A stretch of DNA of 55,785 nt from a virus (IMGVR_UViG_3300031652_000003:1-55785), one strand, 5' to 3'. Positions 8,906 through 18,702 are shown, counted from the stretch's first letter. Numbers and translations are program-made. Notes: generated by a model from the letters alone, not told the origin.

Positions 8906-9379
8906 ATGAAAACACATTGGAAGAAACTCGAAAACCCCGATTACATAGGAGCGTATAGTTTAGACGATGGCAAAGATTTAATAGTAACAGTCGAAAGTGT
9001 CAAGCGCGAAATGGTGACTGGCCAAGGAGGTAAAAAAGAGGAATGTACGATAGCCTATCTTAAAGGTCAGAAACCCTTTATATTGAATAGAACTAACATG
9101 AAAATGATTCAAAAGATTTACGGCACTCCATATATTGAGGAATGGGTAGGTAAAAAGTTGACTTTGTATGTTGCTAAGATTAGGGCATTTGGCGAAGATA
9201 ATGTTGAATGCCTAAGAATACGCGAACAAGCTCCAGTAAAGCCAGATTTCAACCCCAATCATGCTAAGTGGAGTGGTGCGATAAAAGCAATAAAGGATGG
9301 AAGTTTTACTATCGATAAATTAAAAGAGATATACACTATTAGTAAGGAAAATGAAAAACTACTCAATGAAAGTATTTAA
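8906..9379 (+). CDS. Putative single-strand annealing or recombination protein
   Basis: Directly upstream of the exonuclease; function inferred from context. Confidence 0.5.
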   Translation: MKTHWKKLENPDYIGAYSLDDGKDLIVTVESVKREMVTGQGGKKEECTIAYLKGQKPFILNRTNMKMIQKIYGTPYIEEWVGKKLTLYVAKIRAFGEDNVECLRIREQAPVKPDFNPNHAKWSGAIKAIKDGSFTIDKLKEIYTISKENEKLLNESI

Positions 9380-10151
9380 AATAAGATGTAGTGCGATTGG
9401 CAAAATAATGGCTGGAAATATAGGTCTTACTGCTAATCAAGAAATAGATTTGCAAACACTGTCTGAAAAACCAACCTTAACTGCTAAGCAGGAAATAAAA
9501 TTAAACGAACTTAAGCATAAAAAAGCAAATCCTGAGTTACCTGAAACAATGAAATCATATTGTAAATTATGGCTGAAAGAGCAAATTTATAATAGAGGTG
9601 TACATTTCAGCAATAAATATACCGACAAGGGTAATGTGATGGAAAATGATAGCATTGATTTCATTGCTAAGATGCTTGATTATGGTATGTTAATGAAAAA
9701 CAATACGGAGTTTGAGAACGATTACATTATTGGAACTCCAGATATCATACTACCTGACTGCGTTATTGACGCTAAAAACTCATGGGATTTTGCAACATTT
9801 CCATTACTCGAAGATAAGCCAACAACAAAGGATTATCCGTGGCAATTACAAGGTTACATGGATCTAACAAATCATAAGTATGCGAAACTGTGCTATGTAT
9901 TGTCGAACACTCCTGATCATTTAATTGAGCGAGAAGCAAGAATATTCACAATGGATAATGGATATGAAGAATTGGATGCAGCTACCTACAAGGAAGTGTA
10001 TGATAGAATGAATTATGATGATATAGATGATAAGCTCCGAATAAAAACGTTTGAGTACGAAAGAGACCAAGATGCGATTAATGAAGTTTACGAGCGCGTC
10101 AAGTTGTGTCGTAAGTATATTGATTCTTTAATTAAAAAGTTGCCAAAATGA
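9366..10151 (+). CDS. YqaJ/lambda-type exonuclease
   Basis: RCSAIG, KGNVME, GTPD, DAKNS, YPWQLQGYM (PD-(D/E)XK viral exonuclease motifs). Confidence 0.85.
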   Translation: MKVFKIRCSAIGKIMAGNIGLTANQEIDLQTLSEKPTLTAKQEIKLNELKHKKANPELPETMKSYCKLWLKEQIYNRGVHFSNKYTDKGNVMENDSIDFIAKMLDYGMLMKNNTEFENDYIIGTPDIILPDCVIDAKNSWDFATFPLLEDKPTTKDYPWQLQGYMDLTNHKYAKLCYVLSNTPDHLIEREARIFTMDNGYEELDAATYKEVYDRMNYDDIDDKLRIKTFEYERDQDAINEVYERVKLCRKYIDSLIKKLPK

Positions 10152-10220
10152 GCGTAAGAATAGAAATAGACGAACGCCCGGGTTAAACTGGCTAATGAAA
10201 AATCTAAACATTGAAAAGTA

Positions 10221-10670
10221 ATGGCAAAAACTAAAAATTATTTATTAGTAAAAAGGGGTGAAAATTTAGTACCTTTAAGTACTGAAGATGGTTTAGCTAT
10301 AGCAGGTTTAAAAGAAGGTGAAATGGTTGCTTGTCTTATTGGTGATGTTAGGGAAGTGTGGAGACATAGAAAGTACTTTAAGCTTCTCAAAGAAGTAATC
10401 AACCATATGCCAGAAGAATTATCTGATAAATACCCCAAGCCTGAAAACCTTTTGGATGAATTGAAGTTGCAAATGGGTTATTATAAAAAACATTACACAT
10501 TGTCAGGTAGAGAAATTTACAAGCCAGATTCAATAAGTTTTGAATCTATGGGTGAAAAAAAATTCATTGAGTTTGTAAATGATTCTAAAAATTTAATTTT
10601 GAAGTATTTTTTAGTCGGCATAAGTGTTGAGCAATTTGATAAAAATTTTATGAGTTTAATATTCGGATAA
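10221..10670 (+). CDS. DUF1367/NinB-like protein
   Basis: HRKYFKLL...PDSISFESM...F. Confidence 0.7.
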   Translation: MAKTKNYLLVKRGENLVPLSTEDGLAIAGLKEGEMVACLIGDVREVWRHRKYFKLLKEVINHMPEELSDKYPKPENLLDELKLQMGYYKKHYTLSGREIYKPDSISFESMGEKKFIEFVNDSKNLILKYFLVGISVEQFDKNFMSLIFG

Positions 10671-10672
10671 TT

Positions 10673-11056
10673 ATGAAAGAATTATTAAAAACACTTGAAG
10701 AAATAAAAGAGTGGCAAATGAACCATGTACGACTTGCAAGAACAACAGAAGTTTACAAACTTGCTGAAAAAGCACAACAGCAGTTAAAAATTTTAAATAC
10801 ACCTGTTGTAGAACAAGCGAATGGACAACCGGATGACAAGTATTACTTACATGTTAGCCATAGATGGGTTATTTATAAGAAAAAACGACCTGATGAAGAT
10901 AATAAAGTTTATAAAACATTGAATGCGGATCTAAAGGTTAATTATACGCTTTACAGTTGCGGCAGGTGGTGTACTGAACAAGGAGAACCAGAAATAATAG
11001 GGTGGTTAGATGCAAATGAGGATGATATAAATGAGTTTTGCGAGTGCTATGAATAG
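10673..11056 (+). CDS. Hypothetical mosaic protein
   Basis: ORF track; contains right-arm-like GTTAGC at 10853. Confidence 0.6.
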   Translation: MKELLKTLEEIKEWQMNHVRLARTTEVYKLAEKAQQQLKILNTPVVEQANGQPDDKYYLHVSHRWVIYKKKRPDEDNKVYKTLNADLKVNYTLYSCGRWCTEQGEPEIIGWLDANEDDINEFCECYE

Positions 11057-11134
11057 TGCGCCCTCGCATACGCACTATCTTAAATAAAATTTAATAATCT
11101 CCACGAACTGCGAGCGTGGGCAATACTTAATAAA

Positions 11135-11338
11135 ATGGAACATGAATTTAAAATAACAAAAGAAATTGAAGCATGTGGTAAAGTATGGTTTCATGTAACT
11201 GTTAATGGGGATCACCAAGCAAGCCGAAAGACGTATGAAGAAGCTAAAGAAATGCTTGAAAAATGTAAAAACAATGTAAGGCGATGGAAGGCAGAAAAAT
11301 ATAAGGAGGTTGTTTATTTAGAGAGGTGGGATGGATAA
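11135..11338 (+). CDS. Hypothetical protein
   Basis: ORF track. Confidence 0.6.
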   Translation: MEHEFKITKEIEACGKVWFHVTVNGDHQASRKTYEEAKEMLEKCKNNVRRWKAEKYKEVVYLERWDG

Positions 11339-11396
11339 AACTTTAACAAAATGAAAGATAATAGAGTGTATGTAATTAAAAACAAAATAAAATATT

Positions 11397-11624
11397 ATGG
11401 CAGGTTGTGAAAAATGTTGGGGTGATGCTTATATGAGAACATTAAGTGACCCGACGAAAAACCAGCATGAACATTATGTTGATCTGCTAGAAGAAAGATA
11501 TAATACACCATGTTCAGCTGAGGAACAAGCAGGTAACGATGCTGACTTTTGTCCTAAATGCGAAAGGAATACAGTACATCAACACACACACAAGTGCGTG
11601 ATATGTGAGTGGAGTAGCAAGTAA
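11397..11624 (+). CDS. Cys-rich hypothetical protein
   Basis: Three CxxC motifs. Confidence 0.65.
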   Translation: MAGCEKCWGDAYMRTLSDPTKNQHEHYVDLLEERYNTPCSAEEQAGNDADFCPKCERNTVHQHTHKCVICEWSSK

Positions 11625-11631
11625 TTAATAC

Positions 11632-11720
11632 TAACGTTGAGCGTATGGTTTCGTAAGCCATGCACCAACGATTCAAATTTAGCAATAACTTCACTGGCTT
11701 ATGAACTATACGCATTGTTA
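11632..11720. mobile_element. attC-like hairpin (89 bp)
   Basis: taacgttgagcgtatggtttcgtaagcca vs tggcttatgaactatacgcattgtta. Confidence 0.8.
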
Positions 11721-12052
11721 GCGTTTCGTTTTTGAGCGGTGGCAAAACAGGATAAAATGACAAGAGAAGAACATTTATTAGTGATACTTGGCGAGGAGTG
11801 TAGCGAAGTTGCGAAAGAAACAGCTAAAGCACTTAGGTTTGGGTTGGATGACAAAGAACCCGGACAGGATAAAACCAACAGGCAAAAAATAGCAACTGAG
11901 TTCAACGACCTTTTTGCAGTTGTGAGAATACTTATTGATGACGGAATACTTAATGATAAAGAAGTTATTGTCGTTGAGCAAATGGAAGCTAAAATGCAAA
12001 AAGTAGAGAAGTACTTAAAGTATTCAAAGAGTGTTGGCAAATGAACGCTAAC
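11717..12052 (+). mobile_element. Integron-like cassette carrying the MazG-like gene
   Basis: gttagcgtt / aacgctaac, then the conserved site at 12049. Confidence 0.8.
11739..12044 (+). CDS. MazG-like NTP pyrophosphohydrolase
   Basis: LGEECSEVAKE...EFNDL (EExxE...ExxD). Confidence 0.75.
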   Translation: MAKQDKMTREEHLLVILGEECSEVAKETAKALRFGLDDKEPGQDKTNRQKIATEFNDLFAVVRILIDDGILNDKEVIVVEQMEAKMQKVEKYLKYSKSVGK

Positions 12053-12102
12053 AAGCGAATAAATACCACGTACGATTTCGTACGCTAAAAACTAAACAAT
12101 AT

Positions 12103-12555
12103 ATGCACGCAGACACAATAAAAAAATATGCTAATAGAAATTATAACTGGTTGCACGAGAAGGCTAAGTTTTACTTTCACAGATTCATAAGACTGAGAGA
12201 TTGTGATGACTACGGAAACTCAATTTGCATAGCAACTGGTAAGCCGATAAGATATGGGGTCAATCTTCAGGCCGGACATTACTTTTCAGCGGGAAAATAC
12301 AAAGCTCTGGAATTCAATGAAGATAACGTTCATGGACAGAGTTTACAGGATAATTATTATGGGCATGACTTTGCATCTTACGCTAGGAATCTAAAAAATA
12401 AAATAGGGGTTGAAAGATTTGAAAAATTAGAACAATTAGCTGCTATTTCAAAAAGAACTCCATTTAAGCAAGACAGATACTTAATAATTGATATAATTGA
12501 AACTTACAAAGTGAAGGTAAAAAAGTTATCAAAAGAAAAAATGTTTAAAGTATGA
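12103..12555 (+). CDS. ninG: NinG/Rap-like recombination endonuclease
   Basis: FHRFIRLRD, AGHYFS, LEFNEDNVHGQ. Confidence 0.8.
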   Translation: MHADTIKKYANRNYNWLHEKAKFYFHRFIRLRDCDDYGNSICIATGKPIRYGVNLQAGHYFSAGKYKALEFNEDNVHGQSLQDNYYGHDFASYARNLKNKIGVERFEKLEQLAAISKRTPFKQDRYLIIDIIETYKVKVKKLSKEKMFKV

Positions 12556-12595
12556 CAAATATCATTGAAATAGGTTGTTTTAATAACTAAATTGC
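12552..12595 (+). promoter_or_regulatory. ATGAC-N4-RTCAT palindrome plus -7 box at +22
   Basis: atgacaaatatcat, then taaattgc at 12588. Confidence 0.75.
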
Positions 12596-12649
12596 CTACG
12601 AACGAGAATATTAACTTATAAAACACTGAAAATTTAACAAAATAAAACA

Positions 12650-13015
12650 ATGGAAAACTTAACAGCATTATTAGAAAATTTAGCAAAAAAATTAGGAACA
12701 ACGACCGAATATTTATGGGGTATCTTAATAAAACAAGCCTCCATAAGTGCAACTACAAATTTAATTTACTTTGTACTTCTAATACTTAGCGGGGTAACTT
12801 TGTATAAAATTTACAAAAGATTAATGAAAAAAGATGAAGACGGAAACGATATCTACTGCGATCTAGAAGAGAGGGCAATTATTCCCATGATTATAGCTGT
12901 TATTATTTGGTCTATAATATTTATTATCTACTTCTTTGAATTAGAAGACGTTATTAACGGATTCTTAAACCCTGAGTACTGGGCATTAAGTGAAGTATCG
13001 AGACTATTCAAGTAA
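12650..13015 (+). CDS. Membrane protein (2 TM)
   Basis: Two hydrophobic helices; LNPEYWAL C-terminus. Confidence 0.7.
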   Translation: MENLTALLENLAKKLGTTTEYLWGILIKQASISATTNLIYFVLLILSGVTLYKIYKRLMKKDEDGNDIYCDLEERAIIPMIIAVIIWSIIFIIYFFELEDVINGFLNPEYWALSEVSRLFK

Positions 13016-13419
13016 TGTTTGAGAAATGTAAAATAATCAAAATTATGAAACATATAAATTTAATTGTCAGGACAGTAATCTGCCTATCTCTAGTGCTATC
13101 AAGCGCTGTTGCGCTAGGACAAGATAAACGACTTTATGTAGAAGTTGTAGATACAATTGAAACAGCTTACTATACTTATTATATTGGAGAATGGAATAGG
13201 TTTTCGAGTCTGCCAGTTATAGAAAAAGATAGTATAGGTATAGATAGTATTAGGATAATCAAATTATTTTATATTGAGGAATATGACCCATATATAAGTA
13301 TAAGAGCTAAAAGCGACACTATTTTACCGTATGCAATCCGCAAAGTCTACCTACAATTTCAGCAAAAAGAATATATTAACGGGTGTAGTAGTTATTTTTC
13401 TAGTGTTGGTGGGTTGTAA
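13015..13419 (+). CDS. Putative secreted protein
   Basis: Signal-like MKHINLIVRTVICLSLVLSSAVALG-Q. Confidence 0.55.
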   Translation: MFEKCKIIKIMKHINLIVRTVICLSLVLSSAVALGQDKRLYVEVVDTIETAYYTYYIGEWNRFSSLPVIEKDSIGIDSIRIIKLFYIEEYDPYISIRAKSDTILPYAIRKVYLQFQQKEYINGCSSYFSSVGGL

Positions 13420-13455
13420 CATTACAAATAACATAACTTTAATAATAACTAATTT

Positions 13456-13887
13456 ATGAGACTAAGAAGAATATGGGAATTACCAGTTAAAAAATTTGAT
13501 GGTGATATGATAGATAATTGTTTTTACGTAAAAGACTTATACGCGCCAGAGTATTACGTGAAGATGAGCGAAATATTTGATTGGATTAAAGAAAAGGCAG
13601 AAACAACAGGTTTGACTGTTGAGCTAAAAGATAACAATATAATGTTTATTAGCGGTTCGTGCTTATCACGAGAAGAAGATGAATACCACAAGAAAAATAG
13701 TATCTCAAATGTTAGCGGAGTTGGTATTATGCCTTGGTTGATTTGTCACTATAACGAAAGAGAAGGTGGATATTTGACTGTTGGTAAAATATACCAAGCA
13801 GTTTCTATTAATGAAGATGGTTGGATAATAAAGGACGACAGTGGTGGTTATAATATATATAGTAGTGCCTACTTAAATAAGGTATAA
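13456..13887 (+). CDS. Hypothetical mosaic protein
   Basis: ORF track; stop overlaps TAAC. Confidence 0.6.
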   Translation: MRLRRIWELPVKKFDGDMIDNCFYVKDLYAPEYYVKMSEIFDWIKEKAETTGLTVELKDNNIMFISGSCLSREEDEYHKKNSISNVSGVGIMPWLICHYNEREGGYLTVGKIYQAVSINEDGWIIKDDSGGYNIYSSAYLNKV

Positions 13888-14025
13888 CTTTGAGTATAAA
13901 AATCTGATGAGGTACGAACTTGTTTTATATAGTGTTACCCATCGTTAATTATTATGAAGCCATGATTGCTAACGGTTGCCTATGTATCGTATGACGATAG
14001 GAATATGGATATATAGCTATTGTTA
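13885..14025. mobile_element. Two short attC-like hairpins (13885-13937, 13970-14025) around an ORF-less spacer
   Basis: taactttgagtataaaa/ttttatatagtgtta and taacggttgcctatgtatc/gatatatagctattgtta. Confidence 0.65.
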
Positions 14026-14225
14026 GCATTAGTACGGATTGAATAAACAAAAAACTTAATAAAATGACAAGAACAGAAATTAGAGATTTAGTAGTAAAGG
14101 CAGTTGTAAATACGGAAGAACTTACAAATGTAACTGATACTATTTTTAAGGAAATAGGTGATGCTTACAATAAAGGATTTAATCAAGGCAAACGAGTACT
14201 AATAAAAATTTAAAATACACAACCG

Positions 14226-14303
14226 ATGGCGAAAAAAGTTTTTATAAAGTACCAGCATATTGAGAGATTATTTGTATATTTACAATATGATTGGAATATA
14301 TAA
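14226..14303 (+). pseudogene. Orphaned 5' end of an RNA ligase allele (MAKKVFIKYQHIERL...)
   Basis: Matches the N-terminus FKKYMHIERF of the ligase at 14897. Confidence 0.65.
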
Positions 14304-14907
14304 AATTATAAATACAGCAAATGGCAAGTATTACATAGGCAGTTCTATTAACATAGATTACCGAATAAAATCACACTTTAAATGTTTAAGAGGTCAGTAT
14401 CATAAAAATACACATCTACAAAATGCGTTTAATAAATACGGTGAAAAATCATTTGTTTCAGAAATAATTGAAATCTGCAATAAAGAGGATTTACTTAAAT
14501 TAGAAACATCGCATATATTAAGTGCAGAATCTTACAAGCGTAAAATAGGGTACAACATACTAATTAATGCAGAACATTCAAGGTTAGGCATAAAGCATAC
14601 ACAAGAAGCTAAAGATAAAATATCAGAAGCTTTTAAGGGTAAGAAATTAAGTAAAGAACATAGAGACAAAGTTTGTCAAAATTTAATAAATGGTAGTTTG
14701 TTAACAGACGAACAGAAAAAAAGAATTAGCAATAAAAATAGGAGATTTAATGAGTTGGATATAAATAATATTATAGACCTGTATAAAATAGGAAAAACAC
14801 AGCGAGAAATAAGCAATATCTATAAATGCAGCAAGACAACTACCAATAAGTTATTTAAACAATTATTTGAATCAGGAACATTAAAAAAACGAAAGAATGG
14901 AGTTTAA
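14287..14907 (+). CDS. GIY-YIG homing endonuclease with NUMOD3 and HTH
   Basis: GIYKIIN..NGKYYIGSS, R...H...L, HLQNAFNKYG, HTQEAKDKIS. Confidence 0.92.
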   Translation: MIGIYKIINTANGKYYIGSSINIDYRIKSHFKCLRGQYHKNTHLQNAFNKYGEKSFVSEIIEICNKEDLLKLETSHILSAESYKRKIGYNILINAEHSRLGIKHTQEAKDKISEAFKGKKLSKEHRDKVCQNLINGSLLTDEQKKRISNKNRRFNELDINNIIDLYKIGKTQREISNIYKCSKTTTNKLFKQLFESGTLKKRKNGV

Positions 14908-15826
14908 GAAATATATGCACATAGAGCGTTTCGGTACTACAGAAGTACAAAATATTGAATTAGGAGAATGTTATATTTTCCCTAAAATAGATGGAACAAA
15001 TTCTAGTATATGGTTAGATGAAAACGGAGAGCTACAAGCAGGAAGCCGTAAACGGCATTTAAGAATAGATGATGATAACGCTGGTTTTTGTAAATGGGCT
15101 AAAGAACAACCTAATTTACTGGCTTATTTAAAAGAAAATCCAACGCATAGACTGTTCGGTGAATGGCTTGTGCCTCATAGTTTAAAAACATACCGCGATG
15201 ATGCATGGAGACGTTTTTATGTGTTTGACGTTGCTTTAGATAAAGATGTAAGCGAAGTTAAGCACGAAGGAGATAGCTTGCTTAAATATTTGCATTACCA
15301 CGAATACAAACCTTTAATTGAAAAACATTTTATTGATTATATACCACCATTGGCAATTATTGAACGTGCAAGCTACGAACAATTTATTAAACAGCTTGAA
15401 AAGAATGTGTTTTTAATTGAGGATGGCAAAGGAGCTGGAGAAGGTATTGTAATTAAGAACTACGATTTTTCTAACCGATATGGACGGCAAACTTGGGCTA
15501 AAATTGTAACCTCTGAGTTTAAAGAAAAACACAGCAAAACAATGGGTGCGCCAAAAGTTGAAGGTAAAAAGATGGTTGAAGAAGAAATTGCAAAGAAATA
15601 TGTAACTACTGCACTTTGCGAGAAAGTGAAAGCTAAAATTGAGCTTGATAACGATGGGTTTAGTAGTAAACAAATACCAAGGCTCTTAAACACTGTTTAT
15701 TATGATGTGGTAAAAGAGGAAAGTTGGAATTTTGTAAAAGAGTTTAAGAACCCGACTATTAATTATAAGACACTACAACACTTTATTTTTGCACAAGTGA
15801 AAATATGTGTTCCGATATTATTTTAA
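14897..15826 (+). CDS. ATP-dependent RNA ligase (Rnl2-like)
   Basis: KIDGTN (motif I), FGEW, FYVFDV, EGIVIKN. Confidence 0.85.
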   Translation: MEFKKYMHIERFGTTEVQNIELGECYIFPKIDGTNSSIWLDENGELQAGSRKRHLRIDDDNAGFCKWAKEQPNLLAYLKENPTHRLFGEWLVPHSLKTYRDDAWRRFYVFDVALDKDVSEVKHEGDSLLKYLHYHEYKPLIEKHFIDYIPPLAIIERASYEQFIKQLEKNVFLIEDGKGAGEGIVIKNYDFSNRYGRQTWAKIVTSEFKEKHSKTMGAPKVEGKKMVEEEIAKKYVTTALCEKVKAKIELDNDGFSSKQIPRLLNTVYYDVVKEESWNFVKEFKNPTINYKTLQHFIFAQVKICVPILF

Positions 15827-15967
15827 TCAGCTTTAATTTAATAATAAAATAGCGTATTATGAGAGTATTATTTTTTTATAACTGAATAAATACCACTTGG
15901 CAATGAATATATAGTAATGATGAATTAATTTCGATCTATAACTATTGACTTATGTTATATAATTTTG

Positions 15968-16055
15968 TATATTCGTGTTTTCATAGTAAGGTTAATGATG
16001 GTTTTCATAATTAGTTTTCCCCGAGCTGCTAAGCCTTAGTAGCTCGGGGTTTTTT
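15968..16055 (+). ncRNA. Candidate small RNA between its own -7 box and a terminator
   Basis: TATATTCG at 15968, no + strand ORF, two TTTTCATA seeds, terminator at 16019-16055. Confidence 0.5.
16019..16055 (+). terminator. Rho-independent terminator
   Basis: ccccgagctgctaag/cttagtagctcgggg followed by T6. Confidence 0.85.
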
Positions 16056-16074
16056 GTTTATAAACTTTAAAAAC

Positions 16075-16118
16075 ATGACATTTATCATTGTTATAGATAT
16101 AAAAAGCCTATACCTTGG
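16075..16118 (+). promoter_or_regulatory. ATGAC-N4-RTCAT palindrome plus -7 box at +22
   Basis: atgacatttatcat, then taccttgg at 16111. Confidence 0.75.
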
Positions 16119-16143
16119 CTGAGTATTAACCAACATAAATAAT

Positions 16144-16473
16144 ATGGAATGGATAAAGCAGATGTTAAAAAAGCCTGTTAAGATAGATTTATCAAACGTA
16201 TCTATCACGGAAAGAGTTAACGCCCCACTTCATTTAAGATTACGCAGATACAAAGATATTAAACGAGAAACAAGCGAATACACAGAATGGGTTCATTGCA
16301 ATGATGACAAACTCACATCCGGCTGGCATAGTTATTCCACTGAAATAAAATTGATTCCATTTAGTGAGTATTGCAGGAGATTTTATTACGGAACACTTGA
16401 TAAAGTAAGTGATACTAGTAAAGCTCACAAATCAATTCATCATAAATTGCGTGACCAAATAGTTATACATTAG
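16144..16473 (+). CDS. Hypothetical protein
   Basis: ORF track. Confidence 0.6.
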   Translation: MEWIKQMLKKPVKIDLSNVSITERVNAPLHLRLRRYKDIKRETSEYTEWVHCNDDKLTSGWHSYSTEIKLIPFSEYCRRFYYGTLDKVSDTSKAHKSIHHKLRDQIVIH

Positions 16474-16509
16474 ATTTTAATTGAAATACAAATTTTAAAA
16501 AACACGAGT

Positions 16510-16869
16510 GTGGAAAAAGAATTTACAAGAGAGCAAAACCCTAACTTTTTTAAGCTGTGGGATTTGAAATGTGTGAAGCGTTGGCGTGATGACCAAAAGC
16601 ACCTGAAAGATTGGTATAGCTATAAAATATACGCTAAGACTACAAAAGATTTAGAAATGAGTGTATGGAATGGCACGCATCCAGTTAAAGAAAATACCAC
16701 CAAACATATTTGCAAGGCAGGAACTAAAGTTATGGTTTGGATGGTAAGCAGATTCGGAGATGTTGGAGTAACAGATAATTTAGAAGCACCTAAAGGATAT
16801 GATGTGAGAGGATTGAATGCCGACATTGACTTAACCGATTATGAGTTTATAGAACTGGGTGCCATTTAA
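16510..16869 (+). CDS. Hypothetical protein
   Basis: ORF track. Confidence 0.65.
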   Translation: MEKEFTREQNPNFFKLWDLKCVKRWRDDQKHLKDWYSYKIYAKTTKDLEMSVWNGTHPVKENTTKHICKAGTKVMVWMVSRFGDVGVTDNLEAPKGYDVRGLNADIDLTDYEFIELGAI

Positions 16870-16899
16870 TTTGCAGCAACTTTAATTAAACACAGTGTA

Positions 16900-17118
16900 A
16901 TGAAAGAAAGATATGGCACTATGCCAGATAAAATAACTAATGAAGGTAATAGAATTTTACTTGAATGGTTTGATAATTTCGACTCTTGGTCTGATTACTA
17001 TACCTCAAACATCGATAATTGGGAATACAAGATAATTCAATTGTTATTTGAATGGCATTTTGACGTATTTGATTTACATTCAAAGAACCTTTGTTTCTAT
17101 TACGATGAATTAAACTAA
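16900..17118 (+). CDS. Hypothetical protein
   Basis: ORF track. Confidence 0.55.
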   Translation: MKERYGTMPDKITNEGNRILLEWFDNFDSWSDYYTSNIDNWEYKIIQLLFEWHFDVFDLHSKNLCFYYDELN

Positions 17119-17136
17119 ACTAAACAAAGATAAGTA

Positions 17137-17475
17137 ATGGAGGGATTTTATGCACAGCATGTGCAGCATGTTAAGCCTGATTGTTGGGTTGAAGGTGTTT
17201 TGACTTATATAAACGACAAAGATATTAAGAAAAAATTAATCAAACTTAATAAAGAAGGTAGATTAACATATATAGAACATTGCGGACGGTTGGAGTATTT
17301 TGATATTAACGGAAATATACGACCAATCGAACCTGTCACTTTAAGCAATGGCAAAAAATACCTCAGGCCAAGAAGAGAGCATGAACATAATTTATGTTTC
17401 CAGTACATACCTCGCAATCAAACTACAGAAGGTTACAAATACATAACTCTTAAGATAGAAGATGAAACTATTTAA
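17137..17475 (+). CDS. Hypothetical protein
   Basis: ORF track. Confidence 0.6.
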   Translation: MEGFYAQHVQHVKPDCWVEGVLTYINDKDIKKKLIKLNKEGRLTYIEHCGRLEYFDINGNIRPIEPVTLSNGKKYLRPRREHEHNLCFQYIPRNQTTEGYKYITLKIEDETI

Positions 17476-17510
17476 CATAATATTATTAATATTCATTTTA
17501 GGATGCAGTA

Positions 17511-17834
17511 ATGAGCGATAAGGTTGAGTTTATATACACAGAAGGGAAATTAGTTTATATAGTCTATAGTTTAAAATGGTGGCGTAGGGCTTTAAACTTC
17601 TTTTATCCATTTTTTAAAACATTTACGATTATAGATAACTTAGAAGCTAACGATATTGTAATAGTTGACCAAGATGGGTATAATGTGAAAAAGAAAAGCC
17701 TTGCATTTACACCAAAGCCAGGAACATATGAAATAGAGGTTGAAGAATTGACAGGTGGCAGCGTCTCAGGTTCAAGCGATACAGTAAAAGAATATTTTAG
17801 CACTACAGGAAATATAAACACTAATTATAAATAA
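17511..17834 (+). CDS. Hypothetical protein
   Basis: ORF track. Confidence 0.55.
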   Translation: MSDKVEFIYTEGKLVYIVYSLKWWRRALNFFYPFFKTFTIIDNLEANDIVIVDQDGYNVKKKSLAFTPKPGTYEIEVEELTGGSVSGSSDTVKEYFSTTGNINTNYK

Positions 17835-17846
17835 AATTGCAAAAAC

Positions 17847-17890
17847 ATGACAAATATCATAGTTTTAATGCAACAAAACTATTACTTTTA
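17847..17890 (+). promoter_or_regulatory. ATGAC-N4-RTCAT palindrome plus -7 box at +22
   Basis: atgacaaatatcat, then tactttta at 17883. Confidence 0.75.
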
Positions 17891-17931
17891 TCGTATAATT
17901 AATTAGAGACAAACACAAGAAACTAGCAGTT

Positions 17932-18336
17932 ATGACAAGGATATTAATAGGAGGCCAAGCATTAAGAGAATTAGGAAGCGATAGACATACAAATGATGTT
18001 GATTACTTAGTTAACGACACATCAACAAAAGATGCATTTATAACTTCTGAAAAAGTTGATTTAATTAACGCGAATGGCAACAAGTTTTTTGCTGAAGTAT
18101 TTAAAATTGAAGAAGGCAACAAAATAGCAACCCCTCAGAGTTTATTAGAGCTAAAAGCTTATTCATTCGTTCAACACTGCCAAAATTTTAACTGGGCAAA
18201 AGTTGACTCAACAGAATACGATATTAAATTCTTAGTTCGCAAATTTAATCTAAAATCTATTAAGATAGCAAATAAGTACATGACATCAGGTGAATTATCT
18301 GAAATAAATAAAATTATAAATTCAGTTAAATTTTAA
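17932..18336 (+). CDS. Minimal nucleotidyltransferase (Pol-beta superfamily)
   Basis: LIGGQAL...R.TNDVD (hG[GS]...DxD). Confidence 0.7.
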   Translation: MTRILIGGQALRELGSDRHTNDVDYLVNDTSTKDAFITSEKVDLINANGNKFFAEVFKIEEGNKIATPQSLLELKAYSFVQHCQNFNWAKVDSTEYDIKFLVRKFNLKSIKIANKYMTSGELSEINKIINSVKF

Positions 18337-18348
18337 AAACTAGCAACT

Positions 18349-18702
18349 ATGAAAACTTTAGAGATTTTAAAAACAAGAAAAGAAGAAATCGTCGAAGCAA
18401 CTTTAGAAGTAATGCCACAAGCCTTGAGTGGAGACCAAGCAAACAGAACTTTTTTCTTTGAAGTGGATGAAGAAACAAATGAGTTAATAGTTGATTATCT
18501 ATACTATCTAGGAAATCAATATTTTAGCGATAATTGCTTTTATACAATTCCAAGCCACGAAACTCCAGATCCAGAAGATTATGGTTATGATTCAATCGAA
18601 GAAATGGATTTTGATTTTTGCGGTTATAGAGAATTTATTGAATATAGTATTAATAGTAATATTGCGGATTTAGAAGTACTGGAATTAAATACAATCTGTT
18701 AG
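18349..18702 (+). CDS. Very acidic hypothetical protein
   Basis: ORF track; D/E-rich. Confidence 0.7.
   Translation: MKTLEILKTRKEEIVEATLEVMPQALSGDQANRTFFFEVDEETNELIVDYLYYLGNQYFSDNCFYTIPSHETPDPEDYGYDSIEEMDFDFCGYREFIEYSINSNIADLEVLELNTIC

Noticed and set aside
13904-13919. Hammerhead-like ctgatga...gaa
   Set aside because: There is no GAAA and no proper stem II; the sequence is the loop of an attC-like hairpin.
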